The notes: a model not told the origin generated them from the letters alone. Counted from the stretch's first letter, positions 41,038-52,860 are shown. The stretch is 64,000 bases of DNA from Andalucia godoyi And28 (GCA_009859145.1 VRVR01000044.1:62001-126000), one strand, 5' to 3'. Translations and numbers: made by a program.

Positions 41038-42027
41038 ATGTTTTCCCGCATCTGGTGTCTCTGTTGCCGGTATCTGCTCGGGTTTTTTATTGATGCAAAC
41101 GGAAAATGTCAATATGTTTATGCGGGGTTGCGCATGAGAGTACCGTTGGTATGTCAGCAAACATTCATTCTGTGCGTGTGTGAATGGCAGACGTGTCTTA
41201 TTGTTTTTTGTTTTGTTTTGTTTCAACAAGAATCCATACAGTCCTTCTTTGGCATATATGGGTCGATCGTGGATGTCACGTTAGACCGAGTGGCGCGCAC
41301 GGCATGTGTGGAATTTGCAAATCCTGACTCTGCCAGTTCTGTCGTCCGAGACGGGCCGCATTTTCATCTGGATGGAAGTACCGTTTCCGTTAATGCTTGT
41401 CCTGCAGAAAAGAACTGTGTGCTGCAGACTGAAGGTACGTCGTTTCAGTCGGTTCTCAAAAATGCGTTGCTTTGGAATCCCGCCGTCCGTCTCCAGGTCT
41501 TTGTGGACTTTAAATTCTCTGCAATGGATAGGTTTCATGCAGCTGAAGACTTTACAACGTTTGTCGAAGCGGTTCGCGTTTCGTGCGCCCAACAGTTTGG
41601 ACCGTGTGCAGTGACATTTGTAATTTATACTGAAGGAAGTTTACCATGTCACGCCTCATCCCTTCTTGCAATGCCAGACATTGTGATTCACACCGTTCCC
41701 AAAAACTGTTCTGTGCTGATACGAATGTCAGCGGATCTGTCTGAATGGGCTTTCGACCAACGAATGGGGAAGGGGTACAAAATTGCTGTTGTGTTTTCAA
41801 TGAACCGAGACACACGTACCCTCTTCCAATGGTTTCGTTCAAATTCTCAAAACTTTGGCATCTATCTTGGGCTTTGGCAGGCCAACAATGCTGATTCTGC
41901 TTCGCCATGCTGCTTCGAGAGTATGGAAGCTGGCGCGAATGTTCTGCACGTTCAGTCGACCACCGAAGGCTGTGGGCTCTTGAAAGAACCCTCCGTCCGC
42001 ATTCCCACTGAAAAACAGCATTGCTGA
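41038..42027 (+). CDS. RRM + degenerate NYN (PIN-like) domain protein
   Basis: RRM (YVYAGL...FFGIYGSIVDV...TACVEF), then VFVD / DLSEWAFD / VVFSMNRDT, paralleling the NYN motifs VFWD / DMLFWAVD / LISGDRDF. A probable in-frame intron is 41149-41241 (GTATGT...CAG). Confidence 0.6.
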   Translation: MFSRIWCLCCRYLLGFFIDANGKCQYVYAGLRMRVPLVCQQTFILCVCEWQTCLIVFCFVLFQQESIQSFFGIYGSIVDVTLDRVARTACVEFANPDSASSVVRDGPHFHLDGSTVSVNACPAEKNCVLQTEGTSFQSVLKNALLWNPAVRLQVFVDFKFSAMDRFHAAEDFTTFVEAVRVSCAQQFGPCAVTFVIYTEGSLPCHASSLLAMPDIVIHTVPKNCSVLIRMSADLSEWAFDQRMGKGYKIAVVFSMNRDTRTLFQWFRSNSQNFGIYLGLWQANNADSASPCCFESMEAGANVLHVQSTTEGCGLLKEPSVRIPTEKQHC

Positions 42028-42076
42028 TTCCTATTGGGCAGGAGTGCCCCGTGTCTTACCATCCCTGCAATCGCAG

Positions 42077-43642
42077 TCACTCGCCCGGAATCATGCGTTT
42101 CAGCATGGAAATGCGCTTGGCCATTGCAGACAACCACTCCGCTTCATCCTCTACTTGTCGAATCGGGGAGTCGTGGATCGGAGAGTGATTTTCTATGACA
42201 GCTCCCTCTTTGGATGCAAAAGACGACGATCGCGGACGTCCGGCCGGGAGAGATCCAGACGGAAATGAAGAAGGAGTCTCATGCGGATGAGAGGCCGGAA
42301 TCGGAGTTATGGCTCTTCTATCTTCCAAAATCTCCAATTCTTGCTGATCTAGTTGATGAAAATGACTTTTCAGCGATGGGTATTTCCGCGCAAGCGCTTC
42401 TCGGTAAATGGAGCCTGGTGCGACAGTCACGTCCTTTGCAGCTCCAACTACATAAATCGTGGAGATTGCCCTCGACCGACTCTGTGACGACGTCCGGCTT
42501 TCTGTATCCGGGGACTTAGGCCTGCACTGCCCGCTAAATACTGGTGACGTTGGCCTTGAACACGGAGTTGAGCTCTGGGGATTTGGAGAAATGCTGCGCA
42601 CCATCCCAACATCGGACGGTCGAACATAAACTCTTCTGGAAATGTCCTCATACTGCTCCACAAGAATTTTCAGCGGTTCATCCTGCGAGTCCAAGTACAT
42701 TTTGATATTATAAGAGTGCAAAACACGTTGCAAAATGTACAAATTGGCAGCCGACGCAAGATTCGGTACATACTTGTTGAAAGTAATGTGGCGAGTCACA
42801 TCCGATGCCGTGTAGCCGGCTGCAAGACCAGCTGCTCGGACAGCTCTTTCCATTTGCTGAATGCAAGCAACAGATGGATGGCGGACACCAGTTGAATTAT
42901 TTTGGGCAACAAACAAGTCTGGATCGTAGCAGGAGACTCGATCCGTCTTGACATTGGAATGCGAAGTTGGACGTTTGGAGGAGCTTGTTGTCAGAATTGG
43001 CGATGCGCGGACCGGTGTCGACACAGAAGTTGGAGCCGTAGGCTTCTTCTGCACCGTTTTCCGATTTGCAGATGACATTATCGGTGCTTGATCCTGCGGC
43101 GCGGTATCTGACTGTGCAGGCGCCTTTTCAGCGCCAGTCATTGCTTCCGCACCAGGCACTGGCATCTCGGCAAGATCAGACAGTGTAAAGCGCGGCGAAT
43201 CGAAACTATCCTGTTGTTCTTCGCGTGCAGGTATTCCGGAAACGTCCATTGCACCTCCGGAAATGAGGTCGACGCCTTCCTCGTCATGTGCGGGCCGAGA
43301 GGAATCATCGCTAGTAAACTCTGAATTGGGCACTGAATTTCTGAATTGAAGATCTTGCGACCCTGGGGCACTGGCCTCCGCTGATTCGATCGAAGCTAGG
43401 TTTCACATACAAAAAATCCACAAACAGGCAGGAGGGGGGGTTAAACACGTAAGAAACAAAAAAAAGTTCTTTTTGTAAAATGAGAGGGGAAACAAAAATA
43501 GAAAACGGTCTGCAAACGTACAATGGAGAGCAGCTTCGGGAGGCATTGCAGCATCCGGTTCTGGTTTGACACGGATGCGCAACTGTCGTTGGATGTCCTC
43601 GATAGCTCGAAGGAGCTCAGCATCGTCTTCGGCTCCCGACAT
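42077..43642 (-). CDS. Uncharacterised two-exon protein (exons 43642-43522 and 43395-42077)
   Basis: Exon 1 (MSGAEDDAELLRAIEDIQRQL) joins in frame across a GTACGT...CCTAG intron (43521-43396) to the 418-aa ORF. Confidence 0.7.
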
Positions 43643-44061
43643 TTACTGATGCCGCAATACGTAATGACCAACTGAAGCGATGCCGGTGAACAAAGAGGGA
43701 AACGTCAAAAACGACACCTGAAAAAGAAAAATCAGAGGGGAAAGACTTGGAGGAACCCCAAGAGGTCGGAGAGAGAAAGCCCCAACGCGCACGCACTCTC
43801 AAGTGATGCAGCAGCTTCCAAGTCTCATGAGGGGGACTCCGTCGGCGTTGTCGAGTTGTCCGTGACCTGTCTGTCACGTGTGTTTGTGTGTTGCGTTTTC
43901 GAGGAGTCTCGAAAGACGACTGAAGGCATTGTTTTGGTTTTCATTTTTATAATTTTTTTGTTTTGTTTATTCATTTATTTATTTATCATTTTTTGCAGGT
44001 TTCCTGGTTTTTAGTTTCGTTTCTGGCATCATTTGCGCTGCTGCCTGCTGATTGCTGCGTA

Positions 44062-46131
44062 ATGATGGAGCAGGCATATTATGAGCCTCTTGTTCAACTT
44101 TTGCGCAAATCCGAGGATCTTGTATTGGATTCTGAAGGCACCGAGAGGCCAAAGGTCGCACTAGCTTTGATTCCGGAAAATGCAGTACCGGAAGCATCGA
44201 TCGTGGAGGCATTGGCACGGGCGGTGGAAAAGATGCAACAGGATGACAGACTTGGCATGTCGGATGACTCTGGTGTGCGCTCTTCATTAAGCGTCGGAGC
44301 ATTGTCGTTCACGGAGTCAATCCAAATTCTTTGTGGCGAAGCTTGCGGCGCAGGTCATGCAGTTCTGAGTCGATGCACGAGCGTCTTTCAGCGAACCGCG
44401 TTGTTGAATGCCGTTCGTTCCAGTCTTGAGCTGGAATTTCGTTCAATGTTTCGTCTTCAAGAAGACCAGTTGTTCTGCATGTACGCGTCATCGTCCCTGG
44501 ACTTGCTCAAGAGTATTGTCTTATCGTCTGTTCGAAAGCCGTGCCAACGGAAGCTTCGCATTATTTATCATTCGGAAACTGACGGCTCTCTTATGCCCAT
44601 TTCCTCTCTCAAATTTCTGGCGTCTTTGTTTGATGAGGTGACGCCCGTTCCACTTAATCTATGCGACGTCTCCATTGAGGATGGACTGCTAGTAGACACA
44701 GCTGAAGAGGCTTGCATCGTGTATGCCTCTCTAGACGAAGCAATCCTTCTGCAGAGAACTGCAGAATTCCTCAGGTTCGCAAATGTCTGTGAAGCAAAGC
44801 GAATCCCGTTCATCCTTGATAATGCGCTGTCGGCGATGCAGATTCTAATGCTGCAGAATGACAAAGTTCTTTCGGATCTGGTGTTCAAGTCTGCTGGAAT
44901 CATGATTGATTTCCGAAGCTTATTTGGGATTTCTGGGTGCTCTGCGTGCTTTTGTTTCTCTAATCTCTTGCAGGAGAGTCGCCTTCGGAGTCTGGATGAC
45001 GCTGAAATTGCACTGGGGCCTCTCCTTTCGTTGATTTGTGCTTTGTTACATGTTGGGCGGAAGGGCCTTGCGATCACCTTTGAAAATTCCCAACGCGTCG
45101 TTTCTTCCTTTGCAGCTGCCGCTGCCGAATGTGGAACTTTGGCAATTGTTTCGCATCTCTCTCCTTTATTCGTTTCCTTTCGGTGCCCTTGCGAAGCGTA
45201 TCCAGAATGTACCTCGCTAGATACGTGGGACTTCCATGAGAACGTATATATGGAACTGTGCAACCGATTTCCCGCGGGCCACTGTCCGTTCTCATTCTGC
45301 GATGGCACATTTAGAATCACTGCAAATGCTGTTCGATCATTCTCCAATTCTGTACAGCACGAGGATCTGTTGAAGGCGCTATGGGAGGTTGTCTATCGCC
45401 TTCGACTTCAGCAATCTCTCAGGATGGCCGCTGCAGAATCATTTCCCACTTTTGTTCATTATCACAAGAAGCATCGCAACCGTTCTGCGATTGCAAGTTT
45501 TTCTTTCATTCCAAAGGAATTGAACTTCAGTTCGGATTTGCTGGGTTGGGAAGAGGAACTTTTCACTGCAAATGAGCGGCTTCTTGGGTTTCTCCAGGCC
45601 CAGTCGCTACCTGGCTTTTCGTTTATGCTACTGCTGCCTGGCCGCGCGCGCTCATCTTCCTCCAGTCCGTCTCCTGTCTCTCCTCGCCAATTAACTCCGT
45701 TTGTGGGGAATCAGTCAAGCCCCCGGCGGTTTGCTAACCTCAGCGACATGGAGCTTCCGTCAATTGGCGTACATTTGGCATTTAATTTTCCAGCAGAGCT
45801 TCCCTCCAGCAATGACCTGTCTTTTGCCTCACTCCCGCAATTGTGCGTGCATCTGCTTTCGGATTTAGAGCGGTGCATCAAGTCTTCTGTCGCCGAGGTT
45901 GAAAAAACTGTTGTGCCCATCATCCAAGAAGAACTCGAAGAAGAGCTTCGGTCGTCTATTGCTTCAGCACAAGCAGAACTTGAAAGCGAGAAACCGTCCA
46001 TCATTCGACAGTTTCCAATTTTTGGTCGGCTCGTGAATTACGTGCTTCCAGTAGATCAGAGAAACGTTGGTATGCAATTTGATATCGGAAAACGAAAGCT
46101 TGAGGATATTCATCGAGAAGCGAAAAAATAA
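44062..46131 (+). CDS. PDXDC1: PDXDC1-like pyridoxal-dependent decarboxylase-domain protein
   Basis: C-terminal IIRQFPIFGRLVNYVLPV...GMQFDI matches the PDXDC1 motif LRQIPVVGSVLNWFSPV...GRTFNL. The central region fits a divergent PLP fold. Confidence 0.75.
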   Translation: MMEQAYYEPLVQLLRKSEDLVLDSEGTERPKVALALIPENAVPEASIVEALARAVEKMQQDDRLGMSDDSGVRSSLSVGALSFTESIQILCGEACGAGHAVLSRCTSVFQRTALLNAVRSSLELEFRSMFRLQEDQLFCMYASSSLDLLKSIVLSSVRKPCQRKLRIIYHSETDGSLMPISSLKFLASLFDEVTPVPLNLCDVSIEDGLLVDTAEEACIVYASLDEAILLQRTAEFLRFANVCEAKRIPFILDNALSAMQILMLQNDKVLSDLVFKSAGIMIDFRSLFGISGCSACFCFSNLLQESRLRSLDDAEIALGPLLSLICALLHVGRKGLAITFENSQRVVSSFAAAAAECGTLAIVSHLSPLFVSFRCPCEAYPECTSLDTWDFHENVYMELCNRFPAGHCPFSFCDGTFRITANAVRSFSNSVQHEDLLKALWEVVYRLRLQQSLRMAAAESFPTFVHYHKKHRNRSAIASFSFIPKELNFSSDLLGWEEELFTANERLLGFLQAQSLPGFSFMLLLPGRARSSSSSPSPVSPRQLTPFVGNQSSPRRFANLSDMELPSIGVHLAFNFPAELPSSNDLSFASLPQLCVHLLSDLERCIKSSVAEVEKTVVPIIQEELEEELRSSIASAQAELESEKPSIIRQFPIFGRLVNYVLPVDQRNVGMQFDIGKRKLEDIHREAKK

Positions 46132-46563
46132 AAGTGTTGAAAGCGTCTTGCAGTGCTTTTCTGCTTTGTCTGGGCGTGATGTTTCGTGGACTCCTTGTCT
46201 GAATGCGGTGGGCGGTAATGGAAGCCCTTTGGGTGACGACGTGATTCTGTGTTTTTCTTTGTCTTTTCCAAGACTGCGTTATGGGCTACCCACATCTTTT
46301 TTTCTTTTTTTTTCTCCCCCTGTTTTTCCTCAAGAAATCCAGTGATTGGAAAAGAGATCAAAAAACAACATTATTTCGATCGGAGCAAAAGAACGTTTCG
46401 GTCTGGTGGAAGCAGGAGCCCATGAACCACGGCTGCTCGTCGTTCCACAAGCAGCATTGCACTGTGAGCAAGAAGACGAGCGCGGGTGTGCATTCGCTCG
46501 CATGCTGTGCGAACATGGCAGTCTGTGCAGTCTGTAAGTGATGAACTAAGGTCAGTTGGAGGT

Positions 46564-46579
46564 GGTGTCAATAGACACC
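46564..46579 (-). other. Histone 3' stem-loop-like element downstream of H2B copy 2
   Basis: The minus strand reads GGTGTC-TATT-GACACC-ACC, a 6-bp stem with a 4-nt loop, 37 nt after the stop and preceded by an A-run. Confidence 0.6.
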
Positions 46580-46616
46580 AAATTTTTTTCAGAAAGCAAG
46601 TTTGCAAGTTAATGAT

Positions 46617-47009
46617 TTAAGCAGAAGAGAATTTGGAGACGGCCTTGGTTCCCTCGGAGACGGCGTGCTTGGCAAGCTCACCGGGGAGAACCAGGCGGAC
46701 TGCAGTCTGGATTTCGCGGGACGACAGCGTCTTGGTCTTGTTGTAGCGAGACAGACGCGAGGCCTCGGTGGCAATGCGCTCAAACACATCGTTGATAAAC
46801 GAGTTCATGATGCCCATGGCGCGGGTCGAAATGCCAATGTCCGAGTGAACCTGGCGGAGGACCTTGTAGATGTACGACGAGAAGGTCTCCTCGCGGCGCT
46901 TGGAGCGCTTCTTCTTGTCCGAGGACGGCGCGGGGGCGGCGGCGGCGGGCTTCTCGACAGACTTGGTGGCCTTTGAGGCGACTTTCTTTGCGGCGGTCTT
47001 GGGGGCCAT
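46617..47009 (-). CDS. H2B: Histone H2B (copy 2)
   Basis: Same protein as copy 1. By eye the DNA differs only at two synonymous sites near the stop. Confidence 0.98.
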   Translation of the reverse strand: MAPKTAAKKVASKATKSVEKPAAAAPAPSSDKKKRSKRREETFSSYIYKVLRQVHSDIGISTRAMGIMNSFINDVFERIATEASRLSRYNKTKTLSSREIQTAVRLVLPGELAKHAVSEGTKAVSKFSSA

Positions 47010-47433
47010 TGTTAGTACAGTTATTAGTTGTTAGTGGGTTGAAAAACGAAAAGGAGAAGAGAAGAAGCGGAGAAAAAGAGAATCAAAGAAAGAAACACCG
47101 AGAAGAAGTCGCTGCGAAAAGAAGACTGTTGCTTTGTTTTGTTTCTGCCGTGTCGGGCAAAAACGCGGGAGAAAGACCCCCATCGCGGGACTGGCAGCAA
47201 AGTCGCAATCCGTGGGTCCGGGAGTGAAAAGGAACGACGTACAGCAGGCGCATCTGCAGCCGCGCGCTTGTCTTTTTTCTTTTTTCTTTGAAGGTAGTTT
47301 TTCTTTTGACTTATTTGCTTATTTTTTGGCAGACTTCCGAGGATTCCCAAGAGATCGGAACAGACAAGTGCAGCTCTTCGATTGCTCAAAACACATTTCC
47401 ACACATTTACAAACACTAAAACATTTAGCAGCG

Positions 47434-49776
47434 TTAACATCGTTCGTACACATATACGTATGCCAGGTCACGCGGAGGAGATTCACTGAGAGCGACTTTA
47501 GCGTCATTGAATAACACGTACCGGTCCTGGCCATCGACATTCTTCTTGATGTGACAAACGTAGTGGCCAGAACTGGTAGACTTACCCATGTGAGATATCA
47601 GAGCACAGAGTCGGTATTTTCCAGACAGACCCTCAGTTACGCCAAGGTCTCTGCCATCTCCGAGCTTCGGGCGCTTAGCAGACGATGGAACTGAGGCTTC
47701 TGGCAGCGGGAGATCAAGAGAAGGATCGTCTATTGTTGAGAAAACCCACTCCAAAGCGGACTGCATGTCTTTGTTACCGACAGCCAATGCTGCCCTTTTG
47801 CACCTAGAATCAGAAAATCCCATCTGCACCAGTTCCGAAACAATCGCAGCAGATGGAGCAACTGACGTGGTTGACGTTTCTTGAGAGTCTTCATCCAGAG
47901 AATCATCAAGATGCTCAGTAATCCACTCGAACGCCGAGGCAACATCGATGTTATTAACAGCAACAGCAGCAAGCTCGCATCTTCTTCTCTCAAACCCCAT
48001 GTCCAACAGACTGGCAACGATTTCAGGGGAAGCCATTACACGAGGAGCAGCATTCTTAGATCCAGTGCTCATTAGCGGCAGTTCCGTCTCGCCAGGTTGA
48101 ACACCGCCATGTCCAGGTGCTCTCAATGGACTGATGTCCAATTCGTCCACGTCTACCATTTCGACATCCGACTTCCGAACCGTCCAGTCTGCTGCCGACA
48201 CTTCAAACCGTTTCAGCTGGACAAGAAGAAAATCCGGAAAAGAGAGAAGTTGCAATTTCTTCGTCGCACACGTTGGAACTTGACAATGCGGACAGAGGAA
48301 GCCTTCGACAGTTTCGGACTCAAATAACGATGAGACTGAAGCAGGAATGGAGCGTTGCACCTCGTTGATGGGAAGAATAATTTGAGTATGTTGTTGATAG
48401 CGCACACCAGAACAATTCTGGCATTGAAGCCTGTCTTCAAGAGCAAATCGCATGCACGACACGGGGGAAAGCGAAAGATCCTTGCCGAAAAGGCCATCCA
48501 CCTTCTCCGAGAAGTACTCCAAAAATTCCACCGCGTCTTGCTGGCTCGCGGAACCGAAATCGGGATGCCCTTTGCAAATGCAGTTCTTTAGCAATCTTGG
48601 AGTGATGGTATCTCCAGACCACTTCCCGGAAGACAAAGCTTCGGACATTCGAATAATCTGGTTCCGAGGATCGGTGGCGCCATCAACGTAATTCCGCTGC
48701 TTTGACTCTGCATTGAAAGAAGTTTGAAACGCAGGTAGAGAGAACAGAACTTGTAACACAGACGAAATGTAGCAGGAATTCCCAAGATTCGAAAGACCAG
48801 TGAGCCCTGGACCAGAAAGGGGCACCAAATGCTTCCCTGCTTCCGTAATCCTGTTGAATTCCAGAGAAAGGTTTTGTTCCAACTCTAATTCAGTGGTCGA
48901 TTTCTCGGTTATTCGTTCCGTTCTAGGATCCAGACCAAGCAACGAAACATGGGCTTCTAATTCAGGATCTTTGGTAGCATCGTCACACGCGTAACAATAA
49001 CAATCTCCAACTACGGATTGGGTACCGTCTGCCAATTGCTCGGCGGCAATCGTACCAAGTTTGACTACAAGAGGGTGGCCAGTTGTTTTAAAATGCTCAA
49101 GAGCGTGTGAATTTCCACCCGTGCCGTCCCAAAGTGATCGCCCACAACCAATTACCCCGCAAGACAAACACAACCAAAGATTAGTCGTCAAGTCGCACGA
49201 ATCGCATTTCTTTCGAGAATTTACGAGGCGATTGCGCCTCTCGACCGTGACTTCCGGAACGATCATGACCGTGTGTTCGCAAGGCAGAATTTTCAACTCC
49301 CACTGTTCGAGATCGCTTTTCCGTGAAGCAGAATGCGCATGCAAGATCCTCTCGGTTACATCTTTCAATGGCGGGAGATCGGTTTGCATTTCGCAATTAC
49401 AAACATAGCAAAACGCACTCGTAACAAGAGAGTACTTGTCCTCAACCCGATCCAGAGACGCACCACCATCAACACCAATCGCAAGACGAGTGATTTTCCC
49501 AGTTGAAACACCCTCTACATGAAGAGTTTGTGAATCTTCAGAAACAGTCTTAGGGACGTGTCTCAGACGGAGGTACAAGGGATGACGGGTTTGCTCAAAA
49601 TGGTGAAGCGCACACTTGTGAGCACTCAATCCGTTAAAGCAGGTCATGCAAACATCAATCCCTTTCTCGTACGACAGGGTGTTGTCAAAACAAACAGTGC
49701 ATTCATCCTTGTATATCTGCGAATCAGCAGTTGGCGTCCGAAGAACGCTGGAGTCAAAGCTGTGTGGACAAGACAT
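47434..49776 (-). CDS. USP5: Ubiquitin C-terminal hydrolase 5 / Ubp14 (isopeptidase T)
   Basis: ZnF-UBP (LWLCLSCG.IGCGR...GGNSHALEHF), Cys box GLSNLGNSCY, two UBA domains and His box SHMGKSTSSGHYVCHI. Confidence 0.96.
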   Translation of the reverse strand: MSCPHSFDSSVLRTPTADSQIYKDECTVCFDNTLSYEKGIDVCMTCFNGLSAHKCALHHFEQTRHPLYLRLRHVPKTVSEDSQTLHVEGVSTGKITRLAIGVDGGASLDRVEDKYSLVTSAFCYVCNCEMQTDLPPLKDVTERILHAHSASRKSDLEQWELKILPCEHTVMIVPEVTVERRNRLVNSRKKCDSCDLTTNLWLCLSCGVIGCGRSLWDGTGGNSHALEHFKTTGHPLVVKLGTIAAEQLADGTQSVVGDCYCYACDDATKDPELEAHVSLLGLDPRTERITEKSTTELELEQNLSLEFNRITEAGKHLVPLSGPGLTGLSNLGNSCYISSVLQVLFSLPAFQTSFNAESKQRNYVDGATDPRNQIIRMSEALSSGKWSGDTITPRLLKNCICKGHPDFGSASQQDAVEFLEYFSEKVDGLFGKDLSLSPVSCMRFALEDRLQCQNCSGVRYQQHTQIILPINEVQRSIPASVSSLFESETVEGFLCPHCQVPTCATKKLQLLSFPDFLLVQLKRFEVSAADWTVRKSDVEMVDVDELDISPLRAPGHGGVQPGETELPLMSTGSKNAAPRVMASPEIVASLLDMGFERRRCELAAVAVNNIDVASAFEWITEHLDDSLDEDSQETSTTSVAPSAAIVSELVQMGFSDSRCKRAALAVGNKDMQSALEWVFSTIDDPSLDLPLPEASVPSSAKRPKLGDGRDLGVTEGLSGKYRLCALISHMGKSTSSGHYVCHIKKNVDGQDRYVLFNDAKVALSESPPRDLAYVYVYERC

Positions 49777-50048
49777 TGGAACTTTCAAAGGAAGCAGAAC
49801 TCTCATCAACGAAACAAAACACATTTGAAGACGAAAACGCAAACAGAGCGAACCGCAAACACTCGCAGTCAAGTTCGAGTAGCAGAAAATGGTTGACAGA
49901 TGTCGAAAAAACGCTCACATACAGCGGAAAATCAAACCAAGCTTCATGGCGGAAACTTGAAGAAGACGGCCAACGTGAAAAAGTCTCCTGCTGTGAGTTC
50001 CGCTCTGCAAGACAACACTGAAAAATGCCCAGATCGTGCTTGCAACAG

Positions 50049-51050
50049 TCAAGTTCTCGCGGAGAAGAGTGCTTTCACATTATCCACCATCAGAAAGCAC
50101 TCTTCCAGAAGGAAAGTGGGAAGCTGGTGTTGCAATTTTACAGTTGTCTGCTTGACATCAACGATATCTGAAGAGCAGGCTGCAAGACTATCAGTGCGAA
50201 AGCAATGAACGCAAAAGGCCGAATGATAAAGAGAAAGAGGCGGATCACAAGGAGCAGGACGCAACAATTTCCGAACATCTAGGAGTGTTTGAACACTGAG
50301 AAGCGATCTTGTGCAAAAAACCTGGAGTGCAACATCAAATCGTCGACACGGAATCAAACTCCGGAACCGAGCGTCGCGAAAAACCCGCAAAAATTCCTCG
50401 AACGAAGTCACTGCTCATGATGATTTTTGATGGCAGCGGGTTTCAAAAGGATATCGCGCGAAAAAGCGAGAAAAAGAAAAGAAAACAACAAGAAAGTCTG
50501 CAAGAAATTTAAAAAAAGAAATTAAAAAAATAACCAGAGTGAGATAAGATCTTCTAACGTCGACAATGGAGCACGATGATCGACCAAATAACTGCCAAGA
50601 CGCCCATCGCTGAAGAGCCAAACACCGAACAGCTGAAAGAGGGACAACAGAATTGCTGCCGAATAAACAACGATTCATCTCCAAAAGAGTATACGGCACC
50701 GACATTTTTGAAACAGCTCGTTCAGGCAAGCTCACGACGGCTGATACTTTCTTTCGACTCGATATGATGCAGGTTTCGATATGTTCGGGGGCCCACAGCT
50801 GACGCAAATCTGTAAAGGTACCCGCCCGTCGTTCAGTTATTGGATAGCGCTCCAATATTCGTCGAAAAGCTGGTAAATCGAGCGCATTGGACATGCAGGA
50901 AATCATAAAATTGCTGTTGTGCTCCATTGCACCAAGGAACAAAGATCCTCGAAATAGCTGTCCGTATGAAACAGAATCTTGGAGAAAACCCAAACGCAAC
51001 AAACTGTCGGTTGTATCACTTCTACTGAATTTCAATGCAGAATTGATCAA
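50049..51050 (-). pseudogene. Uncertain or degenerate coding region (two ORFs in one frame separated by one TGA)
   Basis: ORFs 51050-50415 and 50411-50049 are in the same frame. An AT-rich intron-like stretch lies near 50490-50540, but no clean splice was found. Confidence 0.3.
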
Positions 51051-51526
51051 AACGGCCGAACCGATAAGAAAAAAAGGACATCACGAACAAAATACATGAC
51101 ACGGCGATTGCTGCGTGCGTAGGGAACGTTGAAAACAAAATAGGAATGATGAAACTTTTCTGAAGAAAGGATGGAACATTGGTCGAATACAGGATCTTTG
51201 AGGAAAGTGAAAATGAAAATTAACGGAAATGAAAAAATCGATTTGGGAGGTCAGGAGTCTGGGACAGGGTTGTTGTCCAGCAATGCAACCGAATATGGAC
51301 TGCAAGATTGCATGAAATTGCAATGAAAGTGCAGCAATTTTGCAGTGCATCTGCAATCCCACTCTCATAATTTGCTGATGGAAGATGAGTGACAAGCAGC
51401 CCGCCACGATGGCAATTTCCCGCCAATCGATTGATCCCTTTCACACCAGCTCTGATACTTTATTTTCTTTACATTACTTTTCTTTACTTTTCTTTCCTTG
51501 TAAAGAACTTGCCATTCACGTCCAAA

Positions 51527-52860
51527 ATGCCAACTTCTCCTTCCTCGTCTTGCGAATCTGGCCAAACTGCCCACATCTGCCGTGGTGCTGGTGGTTACAA
51601 ACCGAAGTCATCTGTTTTCAAAACACGTGTTGTTCGCAGGCGCAGAGAATGATCCAGCTACAACTCTCGGAAAAGGTCCTTAGAAGTGCAAGCATTGCGG
51701 GCAGCCAGTTCCCGCTGCGGATAATGCGACGCGAGTTTGCACACATTTCGCATCCTGCAAGAACATTCCAGTGCCTGATTTGTGTGTGTTGAAGACCCAA
51801 CATGGCGCAGTTTTTTGCACGAACCTCTGCGGCACATTCACTGTCCGTTTCGACTGCTGCGTAAGAAGACCGTCCTGTTTCGACGGATCCATCCTACAAG
51901 CGTGAGGGACCGACAGCAGATGATAGTACGTCCTCTGAACCTCTGAAGAAGGTTCCGCGACAACAGTTGTCCATCGTGTCTGCTGGGTTTCGTGCGGGTC
52001 GTGAAGTTTGGAGCAATTTTATCAGACGATTCGCCAAAGCAATGTACGGATGCAACATTTCTTTCAGTTTTATCGAAGATCCTGACCTGCGAGGTGCATT
52101 CGAAGACTTGGGAATCATATCCCGTAACGACGCGTTCCCTTCTCTGCCGTCCAGGCAGAACGTTGTCGGCCGACTTCTCAACGAGGCGTACGATGAATGT
52201 AGGACGTCGTTTTTGTCGATGCCTGTCTCGGAGCTAGTCACCTCAGCCTTGCTACGGATAGTTGGACGAATGCCTCGGACGCCGCTGTGGTGAACTTCAT
52301 TGTCTGCACCCCACAGCCTGTGTATTTTGACTCCGTCTTTACCGGAGAGAAGAAACAAGATGCAGAGTATCTAGTAGAGCTCATTTACGGGAAAATGACT
52401 GAAATCACACAGAACACCTGTGGAGGTGTGAACAAATGGGTGGCGACAGTGACAGACAACTGCAACACAATGAAAACGGTCTGGAGTTTGCTCAAGCCCA
52501 AAATGCCCCAGTTGGCCACCATTGGCTGCGCAGCGCACATCACACATCTTCTCCTTAAAGACATTTGTCAATCAATGGAGTGGCTCAGTGACGCAGTCAA
52601 GTTTTGCAACGATCTAACCACTTTTTTCAGCAGGAAGAAACTGTTTTGGAAACGTCTTGAGAAGCAGTGTGGAGCAAAACAACGACTTCAAGCATACGTT
52701 GTCACTCGATGGGAGACGCAGCACAACAAGACTTCGAAGAATTCTCGGACATCGGCCTATTCTGCTTGCATCCCACATTAGTCCGGAATCGTCTTGCAAG
52801 TTCCAACGCTCGCTCTGGGTCTCTCGGGCCGCATCTTTTTCTCGTTTCAGCTCCCAAGTA
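51527..52860 (+). mobile_element. Decayed hAT-superfamily transposase (BED finger + DUF659-type core)
   Basis: KPKSSVFK, then (W>TAG)KCKHC...NATRVCTHFASC (BED finger), LATDSWTN (first catalytic Asp, 52257), VTDNCNTM, GCAAH (52527) and VTRW. These are split across frames by several frameshifts and stops. Confidence 0.88.

Noticed and set aside
46346-46607. Small Cys-rich ORFs between PDXDC1 and H2B
   Set aside because: Several short competing frames are present, with no recognisable motif.
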